Shown one piece after another: positions 51,670 through 64,000 of a DNA stretch of 64,000 nt (position 1 is the first letter of the stretch; each line of letters opens with the position of its first letter). The translations under genes and the position numbers were made by a program. Under the pieces are notes generated by a model. It had not been told where the DNA came from. It saw nothing but the letters and a program-made list of their open reading frames with translations, and made no database searches. Source of the DNA: Dipteris shenzhenensis (Eukaryota); the NCBI GenBank assembly GCA_047967505.1, contig CM106538.1. One strand, written 5' to 3'.

Positions 51670-53747
51670 GCTGTCCATCATTTCTTGGAATGTGAGAGGA
51701 CTGAACGGCCGCAGATTTATTTCAGATACAGATGGTCGTAGATGCGGAGTTCCTAGATTGCAGTTGCTTAGGGACTCCCTTCGATTTATTTCCTCAGGGT
51801 TCCCTCCAGACATTGTACTTATCCAAGAGCATAAGCTCTCCCAGGACAGGATTGACAGATGCAGATCCTTACTCAGAGGACAGAGCCGGACTTATTGGAG
51901 CCCAGCGGATGGTACGAGGGGTGGAGTCTGCATTTCAGTTTCAGCCAGGTGGGCCCCAGAGATCACCCAAGAGAGCAGGGCCTGCTATGTTATTCTTCAG
52001 ATTGAGAGCACAACAGTTGGTGTTCTCAATGTGTACGCTCCCATGGATCCAGCCCGCAGACGTGCATTTTGGAGACAGCTTAGAGAGTCCCTTCCTCAGG
52101 CAGACACTTGGATTGTCAAAGGAGATTTCAACATGGTTGAATTCTCTGAAGACAAGTCGGGCCAGACAGAGAGTGGACTTTCTGATAGGGAGAGAGTGGA
52201 GTGGGATAGTTTTGTTTTGCATGTTGGACTTCATGATGCAGCTCGATTGGACAACTTTCGTCACTTGGCTGATAGTCTTCAGTTCTCTTGGTCTGGGGTT
52301 TGCCATGGCTCCCTCTCTTTGGCTAGGCTTGACAGGTTTTATATTGGCCATTGGGGCCAATCCAGAGGAGGATAGATTGGGATCCACCCGGGCTATGTTT
52401 TATCTGACCATGCTCCAGTCCTATTACAGATTCTTCCTACCTCTCGATTGGAGAGCAAAGGCTTTGTGAGAGTTCCGGACTTTGTTTTTCAGGACACAGA
52501 GTTCGTGGAACAGTTGATAGAGGCTTGGTTGATAGAGGACACTCGTGAGGATTAGGGCTGGTTGATGTGGGTAGAAGGGGCTTTGGCTAGAGTCAGCATG
52601 GCCTGCTAGTTGAGGGCAAAAGAGTAGAAGGAAAAGCTCAGAAAAAAGATCGGAACGCTAGAGTGGAGGTATCCAGACTTCAGAGATTGAGATTCAGAGC
52701 TTTCCTCATTCTCTTTTCATCAGAGGGCAGCTTTCAGAGGCTCAGGAGAGACTAGAGGAGATTCAGGGCAAGAGGGCCCAGTTCAGGTTTTACTCCCAGT
52801 AGACCTTCTGGATCCAGAACGGGGATAGATGCTCTAGAGAGTTCTTCAGGGCAGTGGGTCAGAGATACTCTTCGGACAGCCTTCGCAGACTTGTGGATGA
52901 GGCCGGGTATCTTCAAACGGATCCTCATTGTCTTGTTGAGATCACTTCTGATTTCTATTCCACTCTTTACACTGCCGATCCAGTCACCGAGGAGTTGATC
53001 AGAGCCAGAGAGGAGATTTGGAGTCATGTCCCCAAGATGGTCTCAGACAGGATGAGTCATGTTTTGGATAGCCCGCTATCACTCATGGAGATCACAGATG
53101 CATTACATGAGCTGCCCAGAGACAGCAGATGCCCGGGGGAGGATGGCCTGTCGCCTCTTCTTTTTAGAGCTCTCTGGGATACGATTGGGCCTCATCTACT
53201 TTCTGTCATTTCAGAGGCTCTTGATACAGGATCTTTGGGCGAGGCTTTATGCACAGATATGATTTGTCTCATCCCGAAAGAGGGAGACAAGACAGTCCTA
53301 CGAAATTGGAGACCCATTACACTTTTAGGGACAGCCTATAAGATCCTAGCAAAGACCTTGGCCCTTCGTTTAAAGCCTATGCTGCCAGATATCATCAGAG
53401 CTACTCAGACGAGCTACTCAGACAAGATTTGTCCAAGATAGAAGTATCTTGGACAATATCTTCACTTTTTGGGAGGCCACTCACTGGGCGAAGGAGAGTC
53501 AGTAGGAGATTGCAGTTCTCCTTCTCGATTTTGAGAAGGCCTATGACAGGGTGGACTGGGGTTTCTTGGAGGGCACTATGAGGAGGCTAGGCTTCAGTGA
53601 TAGATGGATTTTATGGGTCTCCTCACTTTACTCTCACTCTTCTAGCGGGATGGTGGTCTGTGGAGGCAGAGGACCGGCTTTTCAGCTATCCAGATCGGTA
53701 CGACAGGGATGCCCGCTTGCACCTTACCTTTTCCTTTTCGTAGCGGA
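51662..53747 (+). pseudogene. LINE ORF2, first (truncated) copy: APE endonuclease + N-terminal RT
   Basis: MCRLSIISWNVRGLN, LIQEHKL, NVYAP, GDFN, RLDRFY, SDHAP, WRPITLL, DFEKAYDRV, SVRQGCPLAPYLF. It stops before the FADD motif. Confidence 0.92.
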
Positions 53748-54368
53748 TGTAGAGCATGGCCCTTTTAGTCAAATCTTCTTGTTTCAGACTCCTAGACCTG
53801 ACCCCAAGATGGTTGGCAGAGATCTGCCCGTTGAGTTTTGGCCCTTTTTGGCTCGAGGGGTTATCACAGACTCCCTCACTCGATTGGAACTTGTACCGGT
53901 GTTTTGCCGACGGTCAGAGGAGGTAGAGGAGTACTTGGGATTAGCTACTCTCTCCAGAGAGGGGCATGTTCTTCGTTTCTCCGCTCGTAGCTTTTGATCT
54001 CGGGGGAGCGAATGAGTTACTTGACAGTGAGATTGCTAGACAGCTTATGAGCTTGACTCAGTTTTCATCGGTTCACCGTTTTGTCGGCTCGCAGATTCAT
54101 TCTTGCCCTAGGACTCTTCGACCTGGCTTCGGTGGCAGGGCCTTTCTGTTTCTGTTCTTTGAGATTCAGGGAGACTTTGATTTGCCCAGGAGTGCTGGTT
54201 GGTTTGACTTTCAGCTCCTTGAATCACGCCAGAGTGCTATTCCCTTGGATGGAGCCATTTTACATGAGTTGGGACAGATTTGGAGTTTGATCAGAGACCG
54301 ACTTTGGATTGAGCCGTCAGAGAGAGAGTTTTATGCCGTTGCCACTGGCACACCCTCACTTCCATCCG

Positions 54369-57300
54369 ATGTCTAGGTTGTCCATCATATCTTGGAATGT
54401 GAGAGGACTGAACAGCCGCAGATTTATCTCAGATGCGGATGGTCGTAGATTGGGAGTTCCTAGATTGCAGTTGCTTAGGGACTCCCTTCGGTTTATTTCC
54501 TCAGGGTCCCCTCTAGACATTGTGCTTATCTAGGAGCATAAGCTCTCCCAAGACAGGATTGACAGATGCAGATCCTTACTCAGAGGACAGAGCCGGACTT
54601 ATTGGAGCCCAGCGGATGGCACGAGGGGAGGAGTTTGCATTTCGGTTTCAGCTAGGTGGGCCTCAGAGATCACCCAAGAGGGTACACTAGTGGAGAGCAG
54701 AGCATGCTATGTTATTCTTCATATTGAGAACACATCAGTTGGTGTTCTTAATGTGTATGCTCCCACGGATCCAGCTCACATACGTGCTTTTTGGAGACAG
54801 CTTAGAGAGTCCCTTCCTCAGGCAGACACCTGGATTGTTGGAGGTGACTTCAACATGGTTGAATTCACTGAAGACAAGTCGGGTCAGACAGAGGGTGGCC
54901 TTTCCGACAGGGAGAGAGTGGAGTGGGATAGTTTTGTTTTGCATGTTGGACTTCATGATGCTGCTCGATTGGACGACTTTCGTCAATTGGCAAACAGTCT
55001 TCAGTTCTCTTGGTCTGGGGTTTTCCATGGCTCTCTTTCTTTGGTCAGACTTGACAGGTTTTATATTGGCCATTGGGGTCAGGCCAGAGGAGGACAGATT
55101 GGGATCCGCCCGGGTTATGTTTTATCTGACCATGCTCCAGTCCTATTACAGATTCTTCCTACCTCTTGATTGGAGAGCACAGGCTCTGTCAGAGTTCCGG
55201 ACTTTGTTTTTCAGGATACAGAGTTCGTGGAACAGTTGAGAGAGACTTGGTTGTCAGTGGACACTCCTGTGGATTAGGGCTGGTTGTTGTGGGTAGAGAG
55301 GGCTCTGGCTAGAGTCAGCATGGCCTGCCAGTTGAGGGCAAAAGAGGAGAAGGAAAAGCTCAAAATCAGAGATCGGAATGCAAGAGCAGAGGTATCCAGA
55401 CATCAGAGATTGATTCAGAGTTTTCCTCATTCTCTTTTCATTAGAGGGCAGCTTTCGGAGGCTCAGGAGAGACTAGAGGAGATTCAGGGCAGGAGGGCCC
55501 AGTTCAGGTTTTACTCTCAGTAGACTTTCTGGATTCAGAAGGGGGATAGATGTTCTAGAGAATTCTTCAGGGCAGTGGGTCAGAGATACTCTTCGGACAG
55601 CCTTCGTAGACTTGTGGATGAGGCTAGGTCTTTTCAGACGGCGGACCCTCACCGTCTTGTTGAGATCACTTCTGATTTTTACCCCACTCTTTACACCGCC
55701 GATCCGGTCACCGAGGGGATGATCAGAGCCAGAGAGGAGATTTGGAGCCATGTCCCCCTCATGGTCTCAGACAGGATGAGTCATGTTTTGGATAGCCCAC
55801 TATCACTCTTGGAGATCACGGATGCGTTACATGAGCTGCCCAGAGACAGATGCTCGGGGGAGGACGGTTTGTCGCCACTTCTTTTTAGAGCTCTTTGGGA
55901 TACGATTGGGCCTCATCTACTCTCAGCCTTTTCAGAGGCTCTTGATTCAGGATCTTTGGGCGAGACATTATGCACAGGTTTGATTTGTCTTATCCCGAAA
56001 GGGGGAGACAAGACAGTCCTTCGTAATTGGAGACCCATTACACTTTTAGGGACAGCCTACAAGATCCTAGCAAAGACCTTGGCTCTTCGCCTAAAGCCTA
56101 TGCTACCAGATATCATCAGAGCTGCTCAGACAGGATTTGTCCAAGATCGGAGTATCTTGGATAACATCTTCACTTTTTGGGAGGCCACTCACTGGGCGAA
56201 GGAGAGTCAGCAAGAGATTGCAGTTCTTCTCCTCGATTTTGAGAAGGCTTATGATAGGGTGGATTGGGGTTTCTTGGAGGGCACTATGAGGAGGCTAGGC
56301 TTCAATGATAGATGGATTTCTTGGGTCTCCTCACTTTACTCCCACTCCTCTAGCAGGATGGTGGTCTGTGGAGGCAGAGGACCGGCTTTTCAGCTATCCA
56401 AATCGGTACGACAGGGATGCCCGCTTGCACCTTACCTTTTCCTTTTCGTAGCGGAGGCTATGGGATACTTTATGTAGGCTACCAGTCATGGCACTTTGGG
56501 CCTTCATCTACCTATCCGGCAGGAGCAGGAGCTTCTGGACACTGAGTTTGCTGATGATACGGCACTGACAGTCAGAGGAGATGCATTTAGTCTTGCTACT
56601 GCTGCGGATGCAATTGACAAGTTCTGCCTAGCCTCAGGGGGACTTGTCAATTGGAACAAATCAAAAGGCATCTGGATTGGAGCTCAGCAGGATACACCAG
56701 CATGGGGAGGAGACAGAGGCTTTGTATGGATACCCAGAGGCACCTCCACGAGATATCTAGGCTTCCAGGTTGGCATCGAGGTGTCCTCGACGCAACAGTT
56801 TGCCCCAGTTCTTGAGAGTATCCGGAGAAAGCTAGCCTACTGGAGTACGGCTAGACTCTCTTTGGCCGGAAGAGCGCTGGTACTCAACCAGGTTCTACTA
56901 GCGACTATGTGGTACGTTGCGTCATGTTGGTGCTTTCATGCTAACTCGATCCGTCAGGTGAGGAGATTGCTCCGGAACTTCCTGTGGAGTGGTGGTGACG
57001 GTTCTGAGGACACTAGGGCCAGGGTTTCATGGGATACTATCATTTTACCCGCCTCGCAGGGAGGACTTGGAGTTCTTGATCCTGAGATGTAGAGCAGGGC
57101 CCTTTTAGTCAAACTTCTTGTTACAGGTTTGACTCCAGGAGATCAGCCGTGGAAGTAGTTCCTACTGCATGGGATTCACCAGTGCATCCCCAGAGCAGCA
57201 GGCCAGTGGGCAGGTAGAGTCAGTTGGATCTTCCTGACGGACCAGCATTCTCAGCCTTCCTCACCACTAGTGAAGAGGCTTATTCAGATATGGGATCATT

Positions 57301-58832
57301 TTAGACAACACCTCATCAGAGCAGTTCCCTCCTCCAGAGAGGAAATTGCCCGACAGTCACTATATCATAACCCCCTGGTTCGGTATCAGGGATCTTCCCT
57401 TGGTACATAACTTAGGACTCCTTTGGCCAGATGGCATGCTCAGGGGGTTGTGACAGTTGGAGATTGGTTTAGGGGAGGTGTGGAGATGTCAGAGGAGGTG
57501 ATCAGAGATAGACACGGGCCACTTGGACAGATTGCTGCCACCAGATTACTGATCATGAGAGCTATTCCTTAGAGGTTGAGGGATATGCTTACAGATCCAG
57601 AGTATGTTCATCCCATCTCTACTTGGTCAGGTTGTTTTAGTGAGTCTGGGCTATGCATTGGAGTTCGTTTAGGACCGGAACCGTTTACTTATTTTGAGAC
57701 GGATTCCTCTCACAGATTGTATCCCACTCAGCCACTGGATCGACAGGAGCTCCTTTGGCAGAGAGTCAGGGTCATTGGTTGCCTGGGTAAGGAATGGGCC
57801 ACAGATCCGTCTAGGTTGACCATTGCAGAGGATCCTAGATGGAGACTTTGGATTTTTCAGGGTCGACCTCTTGCGGAGCTCGACTGGGACCCAGGTGCGT
57901 GGGCGTGGCCTGCTCCAGTGGCAGGCGCTCGTCCTCTTCCTTTTTTCCAGTACTCGACGAGGGCAGGTTACAGGCTTCAGTAGAGAGACTCTCATCATCT
58001 ACCATCTGCCTCACAGCATTGGCACGCACAGGGACTTACTGCAGAGCTCTTGCAGAGCTACTGGACTCACTTTTGGGGCATCAGTAGAGCCAGGAAAGTC
58101 TCCTACTTCCTTTGGCTCACTATTCATAGGGGTATTCCTGTGGGTACTTGGCTTCAGCAGATGGGTAGACCCTCCTTGTGTATGCGTTGTCAGCTTGCAG
58201 AGGAATCTAGTAAGCATTGTTTATGGAGCTGCCCCAGCTCTAGAGTGGTATGGACAGGTATCTTCAGGTTGTTCTCATATGTTACATCCGAGTCCTTTCT
58301 TATGACATGGGGTGCTGCCCTTTGGGGGAGAGGATCTGGAGCCTTTGCCCTCTATGAGTGAGAGCCAGGAGACCACGGTTTCTTCATGCAGTGTCGCCAG
58401 AGATGGGGTCCCACTGATGTTAGCATCATGGAGCCACAGGACTTACTTTTGATACCAGTACCAGCTCAGGATTCCAGGCCTACTTCACCTGCAGGTTCAG
58501 CCTGGGAGGTGATTTCTAGCATTACCCTATGGCGGATATGGTGTTCGCGATGTTCTTTTGTCCTTGGGGGTCATTTATGCACGGAGGCTGACATTCTTGC
58601 TTCCATTTGGGCGGAGATTATCTTCACTCTCAGGAGTCAGTGGGAGCGGTGTACAGGCACCTCTTTGGCAGCTCGTGGGAGACTTTTATCCTTCATGAGG
58701 ACATGGGACTGCTCATTATTTTTTCATTTGACCCCTTTTGGGATGTCGTGGCATTTTAGACCACCACCATGGCTTTTTTGCCACATTGTTGAGGCTAGGG
58801 ATAGAGTACTTTCTCTCCCACCTGTTGTATGA
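54369..58832 (+). pseudogene. LINE ORF2, second (complete-length) copy: APE endonuclease, RT, C-terminal zinc finger; several premature stops
   Basis: Same EN motifs as the first copy. RT with LDFEKAYDRVDW, RQGCPLAP, EFADDT, RYLGF. C-terminal CMRCQLAEESSKHCLWSCP and TLWRIWCSRC. Confidence 0.93.
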
Positions 58833-58899
58833 TTCGTTTTGAATGGAATATATCACTTTCTTGTTTAAAAAAGAAAGTGATTGTATTGTCTTTTACTTT

Positions 58900-61500
58900 T
58901 AATATGTTTGCCTGCCATAAGCTATCCAGACGGGAAACTCCCAACAAAACGCGCTACAATAAAATATGTTGCCGAAGGGGAACTTTAGAATCCCAAATAT
59001 GGTGTAATCTCTTCCGCCACCACTTTGCAGGTTGGGTCCGAAGCCCAAGGTGAAGGAAACAAAACTTTATACAATGCCGATACCGTAATATGAGACAGTT
59101 TTAGTGGACGGGATGTGGGCACTGAAGGCTGAATAGTCCAGTCCTGAAGCCTGTCTTCAATCTCGAGTGGAGGAACCGGCATAAAAGGCTAAAGCATAGA
59201 ATCATCAATGGTATGCCACACAGGACGATAATGCATCCCCAGACCATATTTTGCAGCTGCCTAAGGAAAAGAAAGGAGAGTACCATTATCATGAATGACA
59301 TCTGCCACCGAATAAATACCTTTGAAAGTGAGAAAATAGGAGCGTCTAGGCTCCTGCACCGCAAGAGGCAGATCAAAAGATCTAGACCAATGTATGCTTT
59401 CAGCTCTGAAAGAGTTGCCTTGCATAGAATCATGACCATGCCATTCCAAATGGGAGAGAATGTGCTTCCAATCCAATAACAGTTTAGAGACAAAAGGACA
59501 GCCTTTGATCTTGCCCTCAATAGAACCAAAGAGAAAGTCCCATTGCGCCACTGCGTGGGCTGCCAATGACCAAAAGCAAGGGTGGTGATTTGCAAAAGCA
59601 AGAAACGGATCATGGCAGCCTAGGGCTAAACACCATGCATGAACTATAACGTCAATTTCCCTTTATGAGGAAGGATATGAACATGAATATTTAGAATGTT
59701 CAAGCCCCCATGCATCTTGGGTGAACATAAACGAGACATTGAAAGCAAGCATAAAAACTTTACTTGGCATGTTTGGAACGTCAGAAAGTTTCCATTATGA
59801 TGGACATGAGAGAAGCAATATCTGTCTTGCCAAACATGATACAAAGGCAAGTAGAACTGAACGTATGCCACTTAAATAGATTGCACTATCCGGAGCCTAA
59901 CATGCAATGGCCAAGTCACCAATTTCTAATATTCAAGCTTCTTTTTCAAAATTTCAAGAACCCGGTCTGTTTGTTGATGACCGGATCCAACCCAAAGGAT
60001 AAGCCAAGTGACGAACTAACTGAGTAGGCAGAACAATCTCCCCCACCCATAAAAGACTATGCCAGTCTTTAGCATGCAATGCCAAGAGCTTTGATTCCTG
60101 AAAATTGACATGAAGACCAGCAGCCATGCCATATATAGAGAGAGCATGCATAAGGGAAGAAAGGTCTATCTTAGTATTCTTCGAGGTAAAAAAAGAATCA
60201 TCAGTATAAGCTTGAGCAATCATTGGGCGACTCCCTTGTATTTCCAAACCATGGAGCATATTAGTAGCCACCAAGTGATCCATGTATTGAAACATTGGGT
60301 GTGTGGCAATAGCATACAAAAGTGCACTGAGCGGACAGCCTTGGCGAACAGAACTACGAAGAGTCCAAGTCTCCAAGATATCCCCCGACAAGATACAAGC
60401 AGCGTGCCTGTCACTGTAGACTCTAGAGCCAATATATGACATGCTGCATTCTGTGCCCAAAACCCAATGCTCTCATGGTCTGCGAGATAAAATCTCATTG
60501 GATAGTGTCAAATGCTTTAGCAATATCAACCTGTAGCAATAAGACATCCTGCTCAGTGTATTTGGCATATTCTATGCCAACATATGCATTGGCAATGCTA
60601 TCTGTAATATGCCGACAAGGAATGAAACCATACTATGCGATTGACATGATGCAATAAAAGGTCTCTTGCTGAAAGAACCTCATGAATAGAAAAATCTGCA
60701 TGCCCAAAGTGTCGAGACAAACAATCAACACAAACTTCAGCAAGTTGTGCTCGAGAAGAAGTCCAAACCCCATCAGGCAAGCGAACTCTGCATCTATTTT
60801 CAGATTCTCGCTTGTGATGTAAACTCTTGAAGAACTCTTCAGACGAGCAGCCTTTGTCCAAAAAAGCCTTTTGCCGTGCCCTAGTCTCCCACTTAACAAT
60901 TTTCCTGTGATCAATGGATTGGAGACAATGTTTTGCCTAGCATAAGGACGTATTTTCTTCAACTAATAGAGCATGAAAGTGGCTGAGCTCAGTCAAATAT
61001 TGACAAATGCTTTTGGCCTGAGCAACAGTCTCTCAAAAATTTCATATAATTTTTTCCATATTCACGAATAACTGCTTGCATTGTAGCAACAAAAGCAGTC
61101 CAAGCATAATCAATGTTAATGAGACTCTGATGTGAAAGAGGCTGAAAGGCATAAGAAACCATAGCCTTGAAAGTATCATGCCCGAGGTAACTATTATTGA
61201 TAATGAGGATCCTTTTTTGTGAGAGCCTGTCATCTGACATGTCATGAAAAGATATCCTAAGCCAGAGAGGAGCATGATCTGAGTATGTGAAAGCATAATC
61301 ATATTTTGCAAGTAAAATTATCAGAATGCTGTGGATCAACTCAATACCAATGATCCAAGCGAGCCTGGTAAGAGGACTGTGCATTATGTTGAAAGGTAAA
61401 ACCAGGCTGCATGGGCTGTAATTCTTTCCAAATATCAAGAAGAGCAACATGGAGTAAAAAATGAGACCAACTCTGCCTTTCAGAGGCCAACATGTGAGTC
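58900..61500 (-). mobile_element. Degenerate LINE ORF2 fragment of a different family (end of EN, RT, start of zf region)
   Basis: SDHAPLW, SVRQGCPLSALLYAIA, AQAYTDDSFF, GGLNILN, WWRKRLHHIWDSKVP. Confidence 0.85.
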
Positions 61501-61510
61501 TCACACACAC

Positions 61511-61856
61511 TTTTTTTTTTTTTTTTGGGTGAAACCAGTGACTATAAAATTAACATAAAATCAATGTACATGACATTAGACTCCAAAAGAGAGCCTAATG
61601 GAAGCACTCAAAAACAGTGAGAAAACACTTCAAGGCTAGTAGCATCCAAATCCCTCACAGCATAACCATCATATAAAGATTGCTTGAGGGACATTATGAA
61701 GAAAGCATATGCTTGAGGGAACTGTTGTCCCATCCTAAAATGCCATCTCTGTGTCCAAATAGTCCATAGTACCCAAAAACGAGCCCAGTGAAAGAAAAGG
61801 AGGAATGGAGACATCTGAGATGAGAAGCATCTAAACATCCAGAAGAGTGTGAGCAA
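61511..61856 (-). mobile_element. Short 5'-truncated LINE 3' end with poly(A)
   Basis: T16 tract at 61511-61526. The upstream minus-strand ORF contains WVLWTIWTQR, typical of LINE ORF2 C-termini. Confidence 0.7.
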
Positions 61857-61859
61857 AGA

Positions 61860-64000
61860 GGGAGAAGACCGAGATCGTAGGAGGAGCTTCGTCTACTACT
61901 GCCCCCCGCCTTCGTCCGTCGCCATCAGCCACCCCTGGCAGCGCCCTGCCCCTTAGCCGCGATCTGCTCCTTGGCAGTGACCTGTTGCCTAGGCTTCGCA
62001 GGTTAGCCGCGATCTGCTCCTTGGCAGCGACCTGCTGCCTAGGTTGTGCAGGTTTCCCTGCAACGCGTCGCCTCCCCTTGCCTGCTCGAGTTGCGCCTCC
62101 TCTCAGCCCGTTTGGCTGCTGCAGGGGCGCCCTAGTGGTCGAGCCCCCCTTAGCCTGTTCGCGTTGCGCCCCCCCCTTCAGCCCGCTGTGCAGGTCGCGC
62201 CCTGCTGTGCCTTCTTCAGGTCGCCCCTTCTGGCTGCCTTCTAGGACGCCCTTCAGGCCGTCAGTAGCTGCCGTCTGCCCCCTCCCTTGCACCTCAGGTT
62301 GGGCTTCAGGGCCCTCTTCCAGGACTGTTCTGCGTGAGTTCCAGGGAGCTGTGTTCCTGGGCTGCTTCCAAGCATTGGCGGAGGTTTTTTTTGTTTCTGC
62401 ATTGAGCGGTCTGTTGTCATTCCTCGCAGGCTGAAGTTGGGAGCATTCTTTAACCAGGGGGTTTTTTGGGATTCTAGTGGTTGGTTGCGAGTTCTTGGTG
62501 GGTATTTTCAGCAGAGATAGCTCCTCCCCTCAGGACAGCGCAAGCTGAGACAATGGAGGACACTAATGCCACTCCTGTCGCCGAACCTGAGGTAGCGGAG
62601 GAGGGTTTTCGTTTGACGCACATCATTGGCTTTCTCCCCGGTAGAGGCCAACAGTTACGTGATTGGGTGTACACCAGCATGGCCTCATTGGGTGTCTCAG
62701 TTATAGTTTTTCGATTGCTTAGTAGAGGATACTTTTCTTTTGGCCTTCAATCCGCAGAGCAAGCTCAAAGAGTACTTATGAGCTCTCCGATTCAGTTTCA
62801 GAGCAGAGTCATCCATTTGTGGCCTTGGCGAAAGCACTTCAGTACTACATCCCCGGGACCGCGTCAGGTCTCTTTTTGGATGCTTTTCCCTGGACTTCCT
62901 GATGAGGTTAGCTCTTGTCGCAGAGCTGTGGAGCATATGGCTAGCGTGGCAGGTACAGTCATCCCATCAGGCGCTAGACTTTCCTATGCTCAGTCACTTG
63001 TTGGTACGGGTGTTACGAGGGTTAGACTCACTTCAGAGTTCCCCCCTCCTCGACCTTTGCCTACTTTGATTTCGTACTCCACGAGAGATGGGGTCCAGAT
63101 GCAGTAGAAGGTTTTGTACGAGGGGCTTCCTGATCAGTGTCTTTTCTGTCGGAAGAGAGGTCACTTTATTAGGGATTGCCCTAGTCGTAGGCCTCGTTCA
63201 GAGACTCCGGATCCTTCTCATCCTACGAGAGACCCAGAGCCTTCAGTTCAGCCTCCAGGGGTCTCTGAGCCTGCTTCGACTCATTTAGCAGAACGAGAGG
63301 AGACTCCTCTGGGTGGGCCTCCAGTGGAATCAGAGGACCTGGAGGTGCCTCCAGTGCAACAGCTTTCACAGAGAGCTCGGAGGAGACGGAGACAGAGGGA
63401 GAGCCAGTAGCACGAGCAGCCCTAGGTACGAGCTCACATATGGCAGAGTTGAGACTTATGTGCAGAAGAACTCGGAAAGGGATGCAGAGGACCATCCGCA
63501 GGCAGGTCTTAACACGATGCAGGAGACGGTCGCTCAAGGAGTCGAGTCACTTGTGCAGGAGACCCCGGAAAGGGGAGTTGTAGAGGACCATCCGCAGGCA
63601 GGTCTTGACACGTGCAGGAGACGGTAGTTCAGGGTGTCGAGTTACATGTGCAGGAGACCCCGGAAAGGGGAGATACAAGGGACCATCCACAGACAGGTCT
63701 TCTCACTGAGCAGGAGACAGTAGTTCAGGATTTGATGACACTAGACACCACTACCCCGGAGTCTCAGATATTGGTTACGGAGACAATTTTTCAGCAGGAG
63801 ACTGCTCAGGCTGCAGTTACGGTGATGGATGCCTCTCCCCAGCAGCCCGTCGAGAGAGTGGTATTTTATGACACAAGTCAGAGTCACGTCCCAGGATCTC
63901 ATGCGCCTGTACGAGGTTCCCTCGAGACCCCTTTCACAGCCCCGTCGCACAGTACCTTCCTTGTTGCTATGCGGAGCGTCCTTTTGGATACCCCTCCCAG
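61860..64000 (+). mobile_element. Second copy of the 48864 LINE family: GC-rich 5' UTR + ORF1 (from 62553), running off the right edge
   Basis: MEDTNATPVAEPE...YEGLPDQCLFCRKRGHFIRDCP...QETPERG repeats, closely similar to 49169-50835. Confidence 0.9.

Larger units (their letters stand above)
48864..58873 (+). mobile_element. Near full-length L1-clade LINE (~10 kb) with internal duplication
   Basis: 12-bp TSD AAAGTGATTGTA at 48852-48863 and 58874-58885. ORF1 and ORF2 (APE-RT-zf) are present, with a short A-tail. Confidence 0.93.

Noticed and set aside
61831-62434. GC-rich ORFs of ~150 aa on both strands
   Set aside because: Expected by-product of the GC-rich LINE 5' UTR, with low-complexity translations.

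Overview
Eukaryotic, plant-type genomic DNA dominated by decayed and nested transposable elements. The spliced genes, Ty1/copia, Ty3/gypsy and L1-type LINEs, and many CGA>TGA / CAG>TAG stops fit a heavily methylated genome. The TE families suggest a non-seed plant such as a fern, but this is inference only. Two host genes can be reconstructed by hand: a complete 4-exon secreted X8/CBM43 (Ole e 10-like) gene at 11336-12451, and the 5' part of a multi-exon coiled-coil gene starting at 41184 that runs into a stack of TEs. The mobile elements are: a gypsy element with a free-standing archaeal-type RNase H ORF and a tRNA-like Pol III cassette upstream of gag; a degenerate Sola2-like DDD transposase; a gag-less copia; two gag-only copia elements whose 3' LTRs lie inverted upstream; and a ~10 kb TSD-flanked LINE with an internal 2.7 kb duplication. 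The ORF1 of that LINE ends in an unexplained ~270-aa globular domain with a Nudix-fold-like pattern. No database searches were run; all family calls come from motifs read in the sequence.
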